A stretch of 64,000 nucleotides of DNA from Octopus vulgaris (Eukaryota): positions 69,564,001 to 69,628,000 of the forward strand of contig OX597822.1 in assembly GCA_951406725.2 (NCBI GenBank). The letters are read 5' to 3'. The notes beneath the pieces are model-generated. The model was not told the origin of the DNA and did no database searches. It worked only from the letters and a program-made list of their open reading frames with translations. Position numbers and translations under genes: made by a program. This document shows positions 13,646 to 27,232 of the stretch, piece after piece (positions within the stretch are counted from its first letter, which is position 1; every line of letters starts with the position of its first letter).

Positions 13646-14500
13646 CAAGGTGATTGAAAAGTAACTCTCTATTTTAAAATACTTATAATTTATTTATTAA
13701 CTATAATTTTTAGAAAAAGGAATATGTGAAGAAAGCGTATAGCATTCGCACCAGCTTCTCAAACCGCCCGGGAACCGCATCAACTGATTTCATCAGGAAC
13801 TCTTGTAGGATGGATGACATAATTTTTCGTATTCGCCCTTCAAGTTCTTCCAAAGTTGTTGGTTTGGTAGAGTAGACTTGCTCCTTTAACCAACCCCAAA
13901 GAAAAAAGTTGCAGGATATTAAATCAGGCCTTCTGGCCGGCCAATCATGCGGACCTCGACGTCCCATCCATCTCCCAAGGAAGTGGACATTCAGCCACTC
14001 ACGAACAACAATAACAAAATGTGGAGGAGCTCCACATTGCATAAAAATCAAATCTTTAATATTCTCCCAAGTACAGATAACTGGCCAGATTTTATCTTGC
14101 AGCGTGATGAGGTACCTTTCTGCAATCATAATGTTACAAAGAGCATGAAAGGACTCACAATCCTGTCCGAAGTCATTCCACACCATACTGTTACCTTGGG
14201 CCGAGTCTGCATTTTTTTAGAGGTAATACTCGGACCTTCTCCTGCCCAGTAGTGGCAGTTTCGACGGTTCACAAACCCGCCGATATGGAATACCCCTTCA
14301 TCGTTCCAGAAGATATTTGTAAAGAGACCAGACCGTGTTTGTAGGGCTTCTAAATTTCAACCAAAATAATCGATCTCAAAAAAAAAAACATAGAATCAGT
14401 TCCCATTCATTGAAGAACATACACTACAAATTTGGAAAAAAAACTATAGTTAATAAATAAATTGTATTTTAAAATAGAGAGTTACGTTTCAATCACCCTG
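13646..14500 (-). mobile_element. Tc1/mariner rosa-type (DD41D) deleted transposon with ~60-bp TIRs
   Basis: TIRs CA(A/G)GGTGATTGAAA..., TA flanks. ORF 13710-14186 has GAPPH..WPAR.PDL motifs with 41-residue spacing; both catalytic D residues are mutated. Confidence 0.88.
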
Positions 14501-14536
14501 TACATACATACATACATACATACATACATACATACA

Positions 14537-14568
<32 letters not shown>

Positions 14569-14874
14569 CACACTCAATATATTCATATCGTCATACGATA
14601 ACATACAGAAGAGAGGACATTACTCTTCAGATCTATTTGGATTCATCTCTCAAGATTACTGGAAGAATTAGAACATGACTCATTTTTTTACACATAATAT
14701 AGAGTAGGTAAAATTTGAGAAACTTAATATAATCGATAAAATATAATCAATAATCAATAAAAAAAAAACGAACGACAGTCGGTGGCAAGAAGAGAGCTTT
14801 CCGAAATGGGTAATAATGAGGAATATGAACAGAATCAAACGAAATTCAAATGAAGCAAAACTATTGGGTTGTCC

Positions 14875-16442
14875 CTCTCTGGAATGTTCAGCATTCCTTC
14901 CTCCCCTTCCTCCCCTTCACCTCTCAAATCTCCCTCTCTGGAATGTTAAGCAATTCTTCCTCCCCTTCCTCCCCATCACCTCTCAAATACCCCTCTCTAG
15001 AATGTTTAACATTCCTTCCTCCCCTTCCTCCCCTTCCCCTATCAAATCCCCTTCGTTGGAATGTTCAACATTCCTTTCTCCCCTTCACCTCTCAAATCCC
15101 CTTCTCAGGAATGTTCAGCATTCCTTCCTACCCTTCCACCCCTTCCTCTCTCAAATCCCCCTCTTTGGAATGTTCAACATTCCTTCCTCCCGTTCCTCCC
15201 CTTCACCTCTCAAATACCCCTCTCTGGAATGTTCAGCATTCCTTCCTCCCCTTCCTCCCCTTCACCTCAAAAATATCTCTCTGGAATGTTCAACATCCCA
15301 TCCTCCATTTCCTCCCCTTCACCTCTCTAATCCCCCTCTCTGGAATGTTCAACATTCCTTCCTCCCCTTCACCTCTCAAATCCCCTTCTCAGGAATGTTC
15401 AGCATTCATTCCTCCCCTTCTTCCCCTTCCCCTCTCAAATCCCCCTCTCTGGTCAGCATTCCTTCCTCCGCTTCCCCTCTCAAATCCCTTCTCTGGAATG
15501 TTCAGCATTCATTCCTCCCCTTCTTCCCCTTCACCTCTCAAACCCCCCTCTCTGGAATGTCCAACATTCATTCCTCTCCTTCCCCTCTCAAATCCTCCTC
15601 TCTGGAATGGTCAACGTTCCTTCAGCCCCTTCCTCCTCATCAACTCTCAAATCCCCCTCTGGAATGTTCAGCATTCCTTACACCCCTTCACCTCTCAAAT
15701 CCCCCTCTCAGGAATGTTCAGCATTCATTCCTCCCCTTCTTCCCCTTCCCCTCTCAAATCCCCCTCTCTGGTCAGCATTCCTTCCTCCGCTTCCCCTCTC
15801 AAATCCCTTTCTCTGGAATGTTCAACATTCCTTCCTCCCCATCCTCCCCTTCACCTCTTTACTCCCCCTCTCTGGAATGTACGTCATTCCTTCCTCCCCT
15901 TCCTCCCCTTTACCTCTCAAATCCCCCTGTCTGGAATGTTCAACATTCCTTCCTCCTCTTCCTCCCCTTCCCCTCTCAAATCCTCCTCTCTGGAATGTTC
16001 AGCATTCCTTCCTCCTCTTCCTCCCCTTCCCCTCTCAAATCCTCCTCTCTGGAATGTTCAGCATTCCTTCCTCCGCGCTTCCCCTCTCAAATCCCTTTCT
16101 CTGGAATGTTCAACATTCCTTCCTCCCCATCCTCCCCTTCACCTCTTTACTCCCCCTCTCTGGAATGTACGTCATTCCTTCCTCCCCTTCCTCCCCTTTA
16201 CCTCTCAAATCCCCCTGTCTGGAATGTTCAACATTCCTTCCTCCTCTTCCTCCCCTTCCCCTCTCAAATCCTCCTCTCTGGAATGTTCAGCATTCCTTCC
16301 TCCTCTTCCTCCCCTTCCCCTCTCAAATCCTCCTCTCTGGAATGTTCAGCATTCCTTCCTCCTCTTCCTCCCCTTCCCTTCTCAAATCTCCCTCTCTTGA
16401 ATGTTCGACATTCCTTCCTCCCATTCCTCCCCTTACCCTCTC
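14875..16442. repeat. Pyrimidine-rich minisatellite, ~51-59-bp unit, ~27 copies
   Basis: Unit CTGGAATGTTCAGCATTCCTTCCTCCCCTTCCTCCCCTTCACCTCTCAAATCCCCCTCT. A 288-bp higher-order block at 15791-16078 is repeated from 16079. Confidence 0.95.
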
Positions 16443-16524
16443 GAATAGCAGGTTACCTTCCGACTTATTTTAGAACATGGTTGAGTCCATTACATAGGAT
16501 TTGACTACACCTCCATTTAGTTTA

Positions 16525-16740
16525 TACTCTTTACTCTTTTACTTGTTTCAGTCATTTGATTGCCTCATGCTGGAGCACCACCTTTATTCGAGCAAATCGA
16601 CCCCAGGACTTATTCCTCGTAAGCCTAGTACTTTATCTATCGGTCTCTTTTGCTGAACCGCTAAGTTACGGGGACGTAAACACACCAGCATCGGTTGTCA
16701 AGCGATGTTGTGGGGACAAACACCGACACACAAACACATT

Positions 16741-16780
<40 letters not shown>

Positions 16781-16944
16781 TACGACGGGCTTCTTTCAGT
16801 TTCCGTCTACGAAATCCACTCAAGTCTTTGGTCGGCGCGAGGCTAAAGTAGAAGACACTTGCCCAAGGTGCCATGCAGTGGGATGAACCCGGAACCATGC
16901 TGTTGGTAAGCAAGCTACTTACCACACAGCTACTCCTGCGCCTA
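16525..16944 (-). mobile_element. SINE family A inserted in mariner
   Basis: Reverse complement of family A consensus. Confidence 0.85.
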
Positions 16945-17769
16945 TATTCCTATAACCTTTGTTAATTCTGTAACCCTTTAAAATGGAAGATAAGAAAGTT
17001 CATTTTCGGCACTTGATGCTTTGGGAACCAGACAAAATTGCTGCAGCTCGGCTGGGATGTGTTACCCCACCCTCCATATCCACCAGATATTGCTCCTTCG
17101 GATTTCCACTTATTCAGGTCTCTGCAGAATAGTTTTAATGGTAAAAATTTCAATTCTTTGGATGACGTAAAAAGATACCTTGATGAATTCTTTGCCATGA
17201 AACCACCTCAATTCTGGGAAGAGGGTATTTTCAAGTTAAAGGAAAGATGGAGACGCATTGTGCAACAAAATGGTTCATATTTCGTTGATTAAAAATTTAA
17301 TTGCAAGTATTTATTGACCTTTTTCTTTCCTTTAAAAATCGGTACGAACTTTCCGGACAACCCAATACCTTCCTAAAAAGTACAGGAGAGTGTTTGTGTC
17401 AACTGAAAGGGGAGAAAGTATACATACTGTTGACAGGCACTCAAACTATTAGTGCTAAAACTACTACAATTCACACGTATGGATGCTCACAAAACGATCG
17501 GGTATCAATTGCGTCTTCACGCCTCTTTACATGTCGTGATTCACATTCGCACGTTCACACCAAGTTGAATAAACCACAAACGAACGCTCTTACATGTATG
17601 TTCACGTTAACAGATAACCTTTTCCCAGATTTATACATAGATATTCCAATGTACACACTTGCATAGTTCAGTTAATCACATCACGATTTATTTATCTTTG
17701 TAACCTAATAACCTGACCACAGAGTGCAGTGCTTGTGGCGGCTTCTGCTTGTGCGAGTGTGTGTGTGTC

Positions 17770-17883
<114 letters not shown>

Positions 17884-18306
17884 TTGTAACAACACGGGCG
17901 GTCCGTAGAGATGTTTTCAAAAGCACAACCTTACTATTTAAAAAAAAACATCATAGATCCTGGTGTACTTACAACAAAAGATAGGCTGGTCAAGCTTGGG
18001 GCAGCTTTGGCCATTGATCATCTGAGTGACTAAAGAATAGCAACAACAAAAACAAGAAAAGGCGCGAATAAGCCGTGTCATTAGAGTGTTGGATAAAATT
18101 GTTCGCGTTATATTTGTCCAGACATTCATTGCTATGAGATCAAATTCTATCAAGATTGGCTGTGCTTTTTCATACTTTGGAGATCAATACAAAAAGTAAC
18201 GCTCAGTACAGTACATTGACAGAACTGTACGAACGTTGGACTGGTTACCTTGAGTTATCACTTCAATCGTATTCTCTGTATTGAGTTGAAATTATTTGCT
18301 CCGTCT

Positions 18307-18359
18307 AAACATATTGTTACTGTGACGTAAGCTGTTTACGTCACAGTAACAATATGTTT
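18307..18359. repeat. Perfect 24-bp-arm hairpin/palindrome
   Basis: AAACATATTGTTACTGTGACGTAA-GCTGT-TTACGTCACAGTAACAATATGTTT. Confidence 0.9.
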
Positions 18360-19849
18360 TGTGACGTTTACTTTGGATGAATAATAAACACATATTCAGT
18401 GTTTTTGTATAGGCTTCGGATGTTTTCTCTATACAATGTATATATTTACTATAAACTTGTGCACACGCTTTGATTCTTCAGTTTGACACACGCCTTGAAC
18501 CGGTTATTTGGCTTGTATGCACCCACATACACACACGTACCCATCCATACGCATACTCGCACATAATCAGGGCCCCTCTGCGTTTTCGCTCGTCGATGTG
18601 CTAGGAATAACACCCAAATCCCCTTAAAACCATATACTACTGGGTTAAAGGAAGGGTACATTGGCTAATATAATCATAGATGCTATATCTGAAAAAAAAA
18701 GGGGGGGCGCAAAAATACGGGTTGGTCATAGTTGGAACCCTTTGATCCTCAACCGGGTTTATCAGGATGACCTGAGTTAAATAGCAATAACAATATATTT
18801 GTAATATTGATTATAGACACAAAACATATTTTGGGGTGAGTGGAGGGTATAATCATTTATATCGATCTCCAATACTTGATCGATGTATTTTCTCGACCTT
18901 GGAAGAACAGACGGCCTGTTTTGAATTCCGGTGAGGGTTGAAACCCGAACGTATAGGACCGTATCCCTAAACATTCTAACAGTCCTTTACCAAGCCCTTG
19001 TCAGCATGTAATATCATCTGATCCACATTATCTCTCTATTATTTGTCCACGCGTAAAAATATATCATCAAGGTGACATAGTTAAACTTCGATGAAAAATA
19101 TAATGTAAAGCTGGCAGAATCGGTAGTGCATCGGATAAAATGCCTAGCGTCATTTCTTACGAATCTTTACGTTCCGTGTTCGAATATTGCTGAGCTTTCC
19201 TTCTTTCGGGGGGCGCTTATAGAATAAGTACCAGTTGAATACAATCGACTAGTTCTTCCCATCAGCTTCAGGCCTTGTACTTATTGGGGAAAGAAATATT
19301 ATTAAGGAAGGGGTGGGGCAAGCTGGCAGAATCGTTCGTGCGTCGGACAAAATACCTTGTGGCATTTCTTCCGACACCTCACGTTACCGTCGTCGTCGAC
19401 TTTACCTTTCATGATCAATTAAGTACCAGTCAATGTAATCGATTAACCCCTCCGCCCAAATTGTTGGTCTTGTGCCAAAATTTTGTACAATTTTATTTTT
19501 TATATCGAAACTAAATATATAGTTTTAGCTCTCAAGGTGAACTCCAAGCAATTACCTATGATGAAAGGTATTCTAGGTTTGACCATCCCAAGTGTGACAC
19601 CTACTCCAAAGGCACGATGAAGTGGTGGGCAGTTAAAATGTTTTAAAACGTGGATTTTTCAGAAAAATAAGATTTAATGCGAATTACATGTATTTTAGAG
19701 TGACGAAAATTACCTAAACCCCTCCAAAAATTTACCAAAAATTTCATTTTATTCTCGACAGCTATTTCGAAAGCCCGCCGTATTTTTATTATTATTCTGT
19801 CTGTTTAGGACTTTGTTATATGGGACGGTGATGTTTACATTTTAGCTAT

Positions 19850-20200
19850 GTTAACTACGTCACAAAATAGTTGTTTACGTCACAGTAACCATATTTTGAG
19901 AAGCAATAAATAATATGAGGCCGAAAGAAAGAATATCATTGGTTAAAATTCGAATTTTTAAACAACGTTAAACTTAGAAATTACAATTCCGTTTTCATTT
20001 TGGTTTACAATTATGTTTTCTTTTGACACATTCTACCAGTATACGAAGTTTCAAATTGTTTAGTTAACTAGGAAAATCTGGCTTTCAAAAGGAAAAGATC
20101 CAAGATGTTTTATAAACACATTCTACCAGTATACGAAGTTTAAAAGTGTTTAGTTACGTGGAAATTATGTTAAAAACTGCCGTTCAAACCGAAAAGATCC
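19850..20200. mobile_element. Two right ends of the GGATCTTTTC-terminated MITE family
   Basis: ACACATTCTACCAGTATACGAAGTTT...GAAAAGATCC occurs twice. Same family as 46821-47467 and 35990-36165. Confidence 0.7.
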
Positions 20201-21029
20201 GTTTCCGGTCCACACCCTCCAAGGGTATCAATGAACAAGAGTCTTCTACTTTTGACCATCCTATCGTTTAAGTATATCAGGATCTATATTGTCCAATAAA
20301 TAGTTCTTTTTTTATAATCGTATAATCGTGTCTTGTTTTTTGCGGTATGCATGATTGCTATTTATAGCAACATAACGTTTTAAACAAAACAACTATTTGT
20401 TGGACAGTATTGGCTTTAATATACATAAAGCGAAGACCGGGGCGGCTTTCATCACAGACCTCCTTGAAGAGTGTTGACTCGAAGCTAAAAAACAAAAACA
20501 ACAGAAACAACAACAGCAACAACAAATGCTGCAAATTAGTTTAACTGTTAGAGTTGTAGCGTGACTTGTGTTGTTTGTTCTGATATTAGTCGCTCTGAGT
20601 TCAAATTCTACCGAGGTTAACTTCGTCTCTCATTCATTTGAAGTTGATAAAAAAAACGCAGCAACTCTGAGCATTTGAATGGTGACGATGTGAGAACTTT
20701 AGAGTGGATTCCTTGCAATATTTCGGTTATTAGCGTTCTGAGTTCAAATCCCGCCGTGGCCTACCTGGGTGGTAGATTTAATCTGTGGTACAGTGTACGG
20801 CCACTACCTGGCACCGTCAGTGTCTTTACCGGGGCCCAGTCAGTTGCACACATTCGAGCTGGACTCCGGGTTGTGGATTCCATCCTCTCCATTTCCCCCT
20901 GGTCCTCGCGGCTCTCGAGATAATAGTGTTGGAGGCAGTCGTTGTTGTAGCAAGAATTATTTCTACACCAAGTACATATAGATAGAAGAGAGCCATTGCT
21001 GATAGCTAGATATGCTGAAATTGAAGCTA

Positions 21030-21194
21030 AACATAGCAGGAGTGGGTGTGTGGTAAGTAGGTTGCTTACCAACCACATAGTTCCGGTTTCAGTCCCACTG
21101 CGTGACACCTAGAGCGAGTGTCTTCTACTATAGCCTTGAGCCGACCAAAGCCTTGTGAGTGGATTTGGTAGACGGAAACGGAAAGAAGCCCGTC

Positions 21195-21245
<51 letters not shown>

Positions 21246-21425
21246 TCCCCCCCAACATCACTTGACAACCGATTCTGGTGTGTTTACGTCCCCGTCACTT
21301 AGCGGTTCGGCAAGAGTACCCGATAGAATAAGTACTAGGCTTACAAAGAATGAGCCCGGAAGTCGATTTGCTCGACTAAAGGCGGTGCTCCAGCATGGCC
21401 GCAGTCAAATGACTGAAGCAAATAG
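21030..21425 (+). mobile_element. SINE family A
   Basis: Matches 1649-2052. Confidence 0.85.
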
Positions 21426-21850
21426 AAAAAAAAATACTTTAAATCACAACCATTGCGTTGAATATGGAACACATTGGTCATAATGTCTACCAGTTGACGG
21501 TTGACTGAGATTAAAATTCAAATGACAGCAACAAAAGCAACAACAAACCAAACACCAACAGTTAAGTTGTTTACATTTTTTACAGGTAAGCAGATACACA
21601 AACACAACCACATACACACTCAAATACACACACACAGAGACACACATACACAGAGCAGTAAATTTAACTATTACTTTTGCTGTCTCGCCTGGTGCGCGCT
21701 AAAGATTATATAGAAAGCAAATTTCACAAAACTTACACAACTCTTGTCATGCATGCAATGTTGATAAATGAAAGTGTTGGCAAGCCACTATTAATACACA
21801 TGTTGTGTGTCTGTGTATGAGTATGTGCGCGTGCGTGTGTGTGTGTGTGT

Positions 21851-21900
<50 letters not shown>

Positions 21901-21983
21901 ATGTGTGTGTGTATGTATGTTTGTGTTCGTAGTTCAACAGCATAACCTACGCAATGGATTACAAGCTTCATAAATGGCGGAAA

Positions 21984-22372
21984 GGCGGCGAGCTGGCAGA
22001 AACGTTAGCACGCCGGGCGAAATGCTTAGCAGTATTTCGTCTGCCGTTACGTTCTGAGTTCAACTTTGCCATTCATCCTTTCGGGATCGATTAAATAAGT
22101 ACCAGTTACGCACTGGGGTCGATATAATCGACTTAATCCGTTTGTCTGTCCTTGTTTGTTCTCTCTGTGTTTAGCCCCTTGTGGGTAGTAAAGAAATAGG
22201 TATTTCGTCTGCCGCTACATTCTGAGTTCAAATTCCACCGAGTTCGACTTTGCCTTTCATCCTTTCGGGCTCGATTAAATAAGTACCAGTTACTTAATCC
22301 GTCTGTCTGTCCTTGTGTGTCTCCTCTATGTTTAGCTCCTTGTGGGTAGTGAAGAAATAGGTATTTCGTCTC
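21984..22372 (+). mobile_element. SINE family D head + tandem body units
   Basis: Junctions GAAATAGGTATTTC at 22193-22206 and 22354-22367. Confidence 0.85.
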
Positions 22373-22457
22373 CAACATAAAGAAAATAATAATAATAAAT
22401 GGCGGAATAAATTATCATTTCGATCAGCAAACCCTGGGTAGCTGTATTTACAAAATG

Positions 22458-22500
<43 letters not shown>

Positions 22501-22570
22501 TCGAGAAACTTACAACAGAGACACGATTTGTAAACACCTATTAATTTATATGCGTCTAACATTTTAAAGT

Positions 22571-22820
22571 GTGGAGGCGCGTGGCTTAGTGGTTAGGGTG
22601 TTGAACTCATGATCGTAGGGTTGTGGTTTCGAATCCTGGACCAGGCGATGCGTTGTGTTCTTGAGCAAAACACTTCATTACACGTTGCTCCAGTTCACTC
22701 AGCTGGCAAAAATGAGTAATCCTGCAACGGACCAGCGTCCCGTCCAGGTGAGGAATTTCTAAGTCTCTGAAACCGGGAAACCGGCCCTTATGAGCTTGGG
22801 ATGGCTCGAGAAGGAACAAT
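22571..22820 (+). mobile_element. SINE head C + tail 4
   Basis: GGAGGCGCGTGGCTTAGTGGTTAG head, TGTGTTCTTGAGCAAAACACTT core, TTTTAAAGT-like TSD. Confidence 0.8.
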
Positions 22821-23015
22821 TATTTGTTTTATTTAATTTTTAAAGTTGTAAAATTACCACAAAAGGAGTAGAAATGGCTTTTGTGGTAGATGCATATAAA
22901 TTAATAGGTGTTTACAAATCGTGTCTCTGTTGTGAGTTTCTCGCCTAAATGCAGTTTTTAAACTACTATAATAGAGCATGTTATTCACTGTGTACGTAGG
23001 GCTATTGAACTACGA

Positions 23016-23102
<87 letters not shown>

Positions 23103-23817
23103 CAATTGTTTCGACACATTTTTACACTCGTAGTACATTGGTGAGATGATATAAGTACAAGGCCTTCATTAGATGATGCTGTCATTTCACTCACTGTGAG
23201 AATGCATACCCAACGCAGTTATTCTCAGTAGTTTACAGAAAAAAAACTAAACCCATAGATATAATGACGGACAAAATATAATTATAATCGATACAAAATA
23301 CAAACATAAAGAAACTAAAAAGAAAAATGAAGGTCTATAAGTTACAATTTTATCTTTATGGTCAGATTATAAGGAAGAAAGTAGAAAACTATATAAACTC
23401 TACCCACTTTACCCGTCAGATATGGTTACCTCGGCCTCTAATCTAACTAACCTTGCTGGCATTTCTCTCGCCGTCGGTGACCTTTTGCCGTGCCCTATCA
23501 ACAGTGTTCTCCACAACACAAATGAACTTATTGTGATAGAGGTGTTAGCTTCTTTATCGTGGTGTTGCTGTCTTTATCTGACTTTTCATTTGGAGCTCCG
23601 ATATTTTTAAATATGGTGCCCAGCATGTCCAAATGTGTACAAAGAAACTAATAAACTCATTCCTTTCCTTTCTAGTTGAGCTGTGGATCTGCCAGACCAT
23701 TTCTTTCTGAAATTACATTATTGGGGGATTCGTTTTCTCCTTTTCACCATATCCGTCGTTTTTCCGGTTCTTTGATATCTTGTCTGTATCACTTATATCA
23801 TTCTTCGTGGAATATGA

Positions 23818-23885
<68 letters not shown>

Positions 23886-24149
23886 ATATATTCGTGATCG
23901 AATAATCTGAGGCGCAAGTGTGACTGTGTGGTAAGAAGTTTAAAACAAATTTCGAAAGAAAGCCGAAATTTTATGGGGCCTGGTGGGGTTTTATATATAA
24001 AAAAATATTTAAGCAGAATTTCACTATTGTTTTTAATTCACGTTTCATTTTTCTGTTTGAAAATAAAGGAAGTGAGGATGTTAATTGTGATCACCGATTT
24101 CCATTTTATTTTATTTTATTTTTTTAACCTTCAAGGCCTCTCTCATTTT

Positions 24150-24486
24150 TAAGTGCGTAGTACAAGGAACATTGGCCAAAATCTGTGCTGCATGGGGGTA
24201 GGGTGGGTGAAAAATTCATAAATTTTCAAATTTCAAATTTTTTTTTACTAAAGGGACGTCTCCTATCACTTTGAAGTGCATAGTACAAAAAAAAAACAAT
24301 GTCGATAAAAATCGGAGGGGAAGAACGATACATAAATTTTCAAAAATTGTTTTCATTAAAAGCTTCTCCACCTCATTTGCAAGGGTGTGGGGAGAAAAAT
24401 CCCTGTCAAAACTGATTAAATTCAACTTATGTGGTGTGCTATTCCGGACAATTACCCGGCAACGACGGGATACTCGATATCTGGTA
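24150..24486. mobile_element. Helentron-associated (HINE-like) end
   Basis: ACCCGGCAACGACGGGATACT..CTGGTA is reverse-complement-like to the 5578 terminus. Confidence 0.4.
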
Positions 24487-24670
24487 TGGATATATGTTGT
24501 ATGTGTCTGTGAATACATACACACACATGAATATACATATGTATATATGTATACATATATATATAAACACATGTATATATTTATAGGCATACATATACAC
24601 ATTCACTTATATATTTTTATATATATATTCTTTTATACATCAATTAAAGGATACACTCAAAACATCATAT

Positions 24671-24746
<76 letters not shown>

Positions 24747-24786
24747 CTTTATTCATGAGATGATCACTCATTTTCAATGTTCGAAA

Positions 24787-24848
<62 letters not shown>

Positions 24849-25379
24849 ACACACACACCAATGCACACGTAATATTATTGAAAGTTATTTTCTGAAATCA
24901 TTCGGTTTTCATGTTTTGTTTTGTTTTCTTTTTCCCCTCATTATATATTCCAAAGTACTATTTCAAGTTAAACAGTGCATGGGAGATCACTCTATTGAAA
25001 TCCAGTTAGGTTTCTTACGAGTTTCTTCAATTGGAACGTTTGCTAAACAATCCAATACGTCGGCTGACTTACTATGGATGATTATCAGGAATATTAATTA
25101 TCTCCTTTTCAAACGAAATGATCTCTAACTTAGCAAAGAGCCAAACAACTTGAGGAGACGTCATTGTTTCCGTTACAGTGGCCTTGTCCATAAAAAAAAC
25201 TATTGGTGTTGAACCATACAAGGATGCCAAAGAAGCAAATGGTTTCCTTTTTATGATTGTTTAAATTTGTGAAATATTTAAACGGGACATCTAATGTCTT
25301 CCTCTTCGCTTTGCGTATAAAACAATAACCATTAAGGATTGCGTAAGGTGTACTAGCCATCTGAATGTGGCTAGCCACT

Positions 25380-26220
25380 GGGGGTGGGGTGTTACTGATG
25401 CTTTTAGCCCCAGGCGATCAACGTCACCAGATGGACTTTAGACACAATCTCAGTGCCCTTGTGTTAATTGCAAAGGGAGGTCATCCTCCCTCGAAAACCT
25501 AAGTGCTACATACGGACTATAGTTTCAAGGTAATTGCCTCTCGTCAACGCATGGTAAACACCGGTTTTCGATAAAGGAGACCCCTTGCAAATAATATTTA
25601 ACGTTTTTCACAGCAACCACTGTCACTGATTTAGAAAAACTGTCTGAAAGCAATTGCATTAAGGATTGTTTAAAACGAAACTAAATAGAGTAAATGAAAT
25701 TAAGGGATAAAGAATCTAAGTTTCGGGTTGGTGATGGCAATTTCTTCGCATTCGAAGGTCATGAAGAATGGAACACCCTCAAGGGGCCATGCAAAGCAAT
25801 CCTTGATGCAGCAGGACTTTTCTTCCTGTCAGCGCTTAGTAGTTTTAAAGTGAAAGTTCATACAATCCGACCCCACTCTTTAGACTTTCAGTTAGGCTCG
25901 GGAGGCTAAGACGGTTTCGGTGACTAGCAAACTATAGGTATTACATTGGAGTGTCCCTCTCCTAGGTAAATTGCCTTACAGGACTGGAGTATTCTACCTA
26001 CACTGGAAAGTGTCAAAGAGGACACCGGACCGCCTGAAGGACTCCACTCCTTAATTTTCTGTCGGGGTTTACTTTCCCAAAGCATTCATCACGCAATGAG
26101 AGTTTGTGCTTGGAGTTTCATCCGTAACATGTTGATTAACCCATACATGGGAGCATAAGTGCTACTACTCCGGGTTTAGCAGACTTGAAAACATCAGAGG
26201 CTAAGAGGTGGTGCCACATT
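25380..26220 (-). mobile_element. Degenerate RTE-like 5' region
   Basis: Minus strand GGCAATTTACCTAGGAGAGGGACACTCC resembles the CTAGGAGAAGG motif of RTE 5' UTRs. No intact ORF. Confidence 0.35.
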
Positions 26221-26840
26221 TTTCAAAACCCTGGGACTCCAAAAGTCAGGGCCCTACCAGAAGATTTAGTTTAAAGCCTATATATATTTTATAAATACAT
26301 GTATACACAAGTGAGAAGACTATCACCAAATAGAATTACTGAATATATGGATTTAAGAGAAGCAAGGAGAAAGCAGAAGAAGGAGAAGGAGCTTGAGAAG
26401 TAAAGAGTACGCATATTATGAATGTGGAAAAAGATAGTCCGTGGGAAAATCCTATCAGGGTATCTTTATATAATAAAAACTATACAATCTTGACAGATTT
26501 TTTTATGTCATTCAGTTTGTTTTTGATATTTTCCCAGATTGGTGCAAGGGAAGTAACTCTATTGAACTGAAAATCCATGGGAAGAGAAGTGAATATTTCC
26601 TTGCTTCACAGTATACTTTATTGAAGATATATAGGAGGGTGCATGGCTTAGTGGCTAAGATGTTGCACTCAGGATCGCTAGGTCGTGATTTCAATTCCGA
26701 GACCGAATGGTGCGTTGTGTTCTTGAGCAAAACACTTCATCGTATGTTGCTCAGAGATACTCCGATATTTATGTGTCGTTTTCGACGGGCGAGTCCATTA
26801 TATATGTGGGTGGGGGTGCGTATATGCTGATATACATATA

Positions 26841-26978
<138 letters not shown>

Positions 26979-27009
26979 AGGCCTGCTATTTGGCGAGTTT
27001 AATGTCTCG

Positions 27010-27113
27010 ATAATACTTAATTTATCGACCCCAAAAGGATGAAAGGCGAAGCCGACCTCGGCGGTATTTGAACTCAGAACTTAAAGCTGGACGAAATGCC
27101 TCTAAACATCTTG

Positions 27114-27150
<37 letters not shown>

Positions 27151-27167
27151 GCAAACGCGCACGCACG

Positions 27168-27232
<65 letters not shown>

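Larger units (their letters stand above)
14864..17365 (+). mobile_element. Internally deleted mariner interrupted by a minisatellite and a SINE
   Basis: TA-TTGGGTTGTCC at 14862-14874 and GGACAACCCAA-TA at 17355-17367. Encodes GWDVLPHPPYPPDIAPSDFHLFRSLQ. Same family as 32332-32864. Confidence 0.85.

Noticed and set aside
14875-16442. CRISPR-like appearance (palindromic repeat at regular spacing)
   Set aside because: Intervening sequences are themselves repeated, there are no unique spacers or cas genes, and the context is eukaryotic.
14816-16504. 562-, 516- and 288-aa Pro/Ser/Leu-rich ORFs
   Set aside because: The minisatellite is nearly stop-free in all three forward frames; no frame-specific signal.
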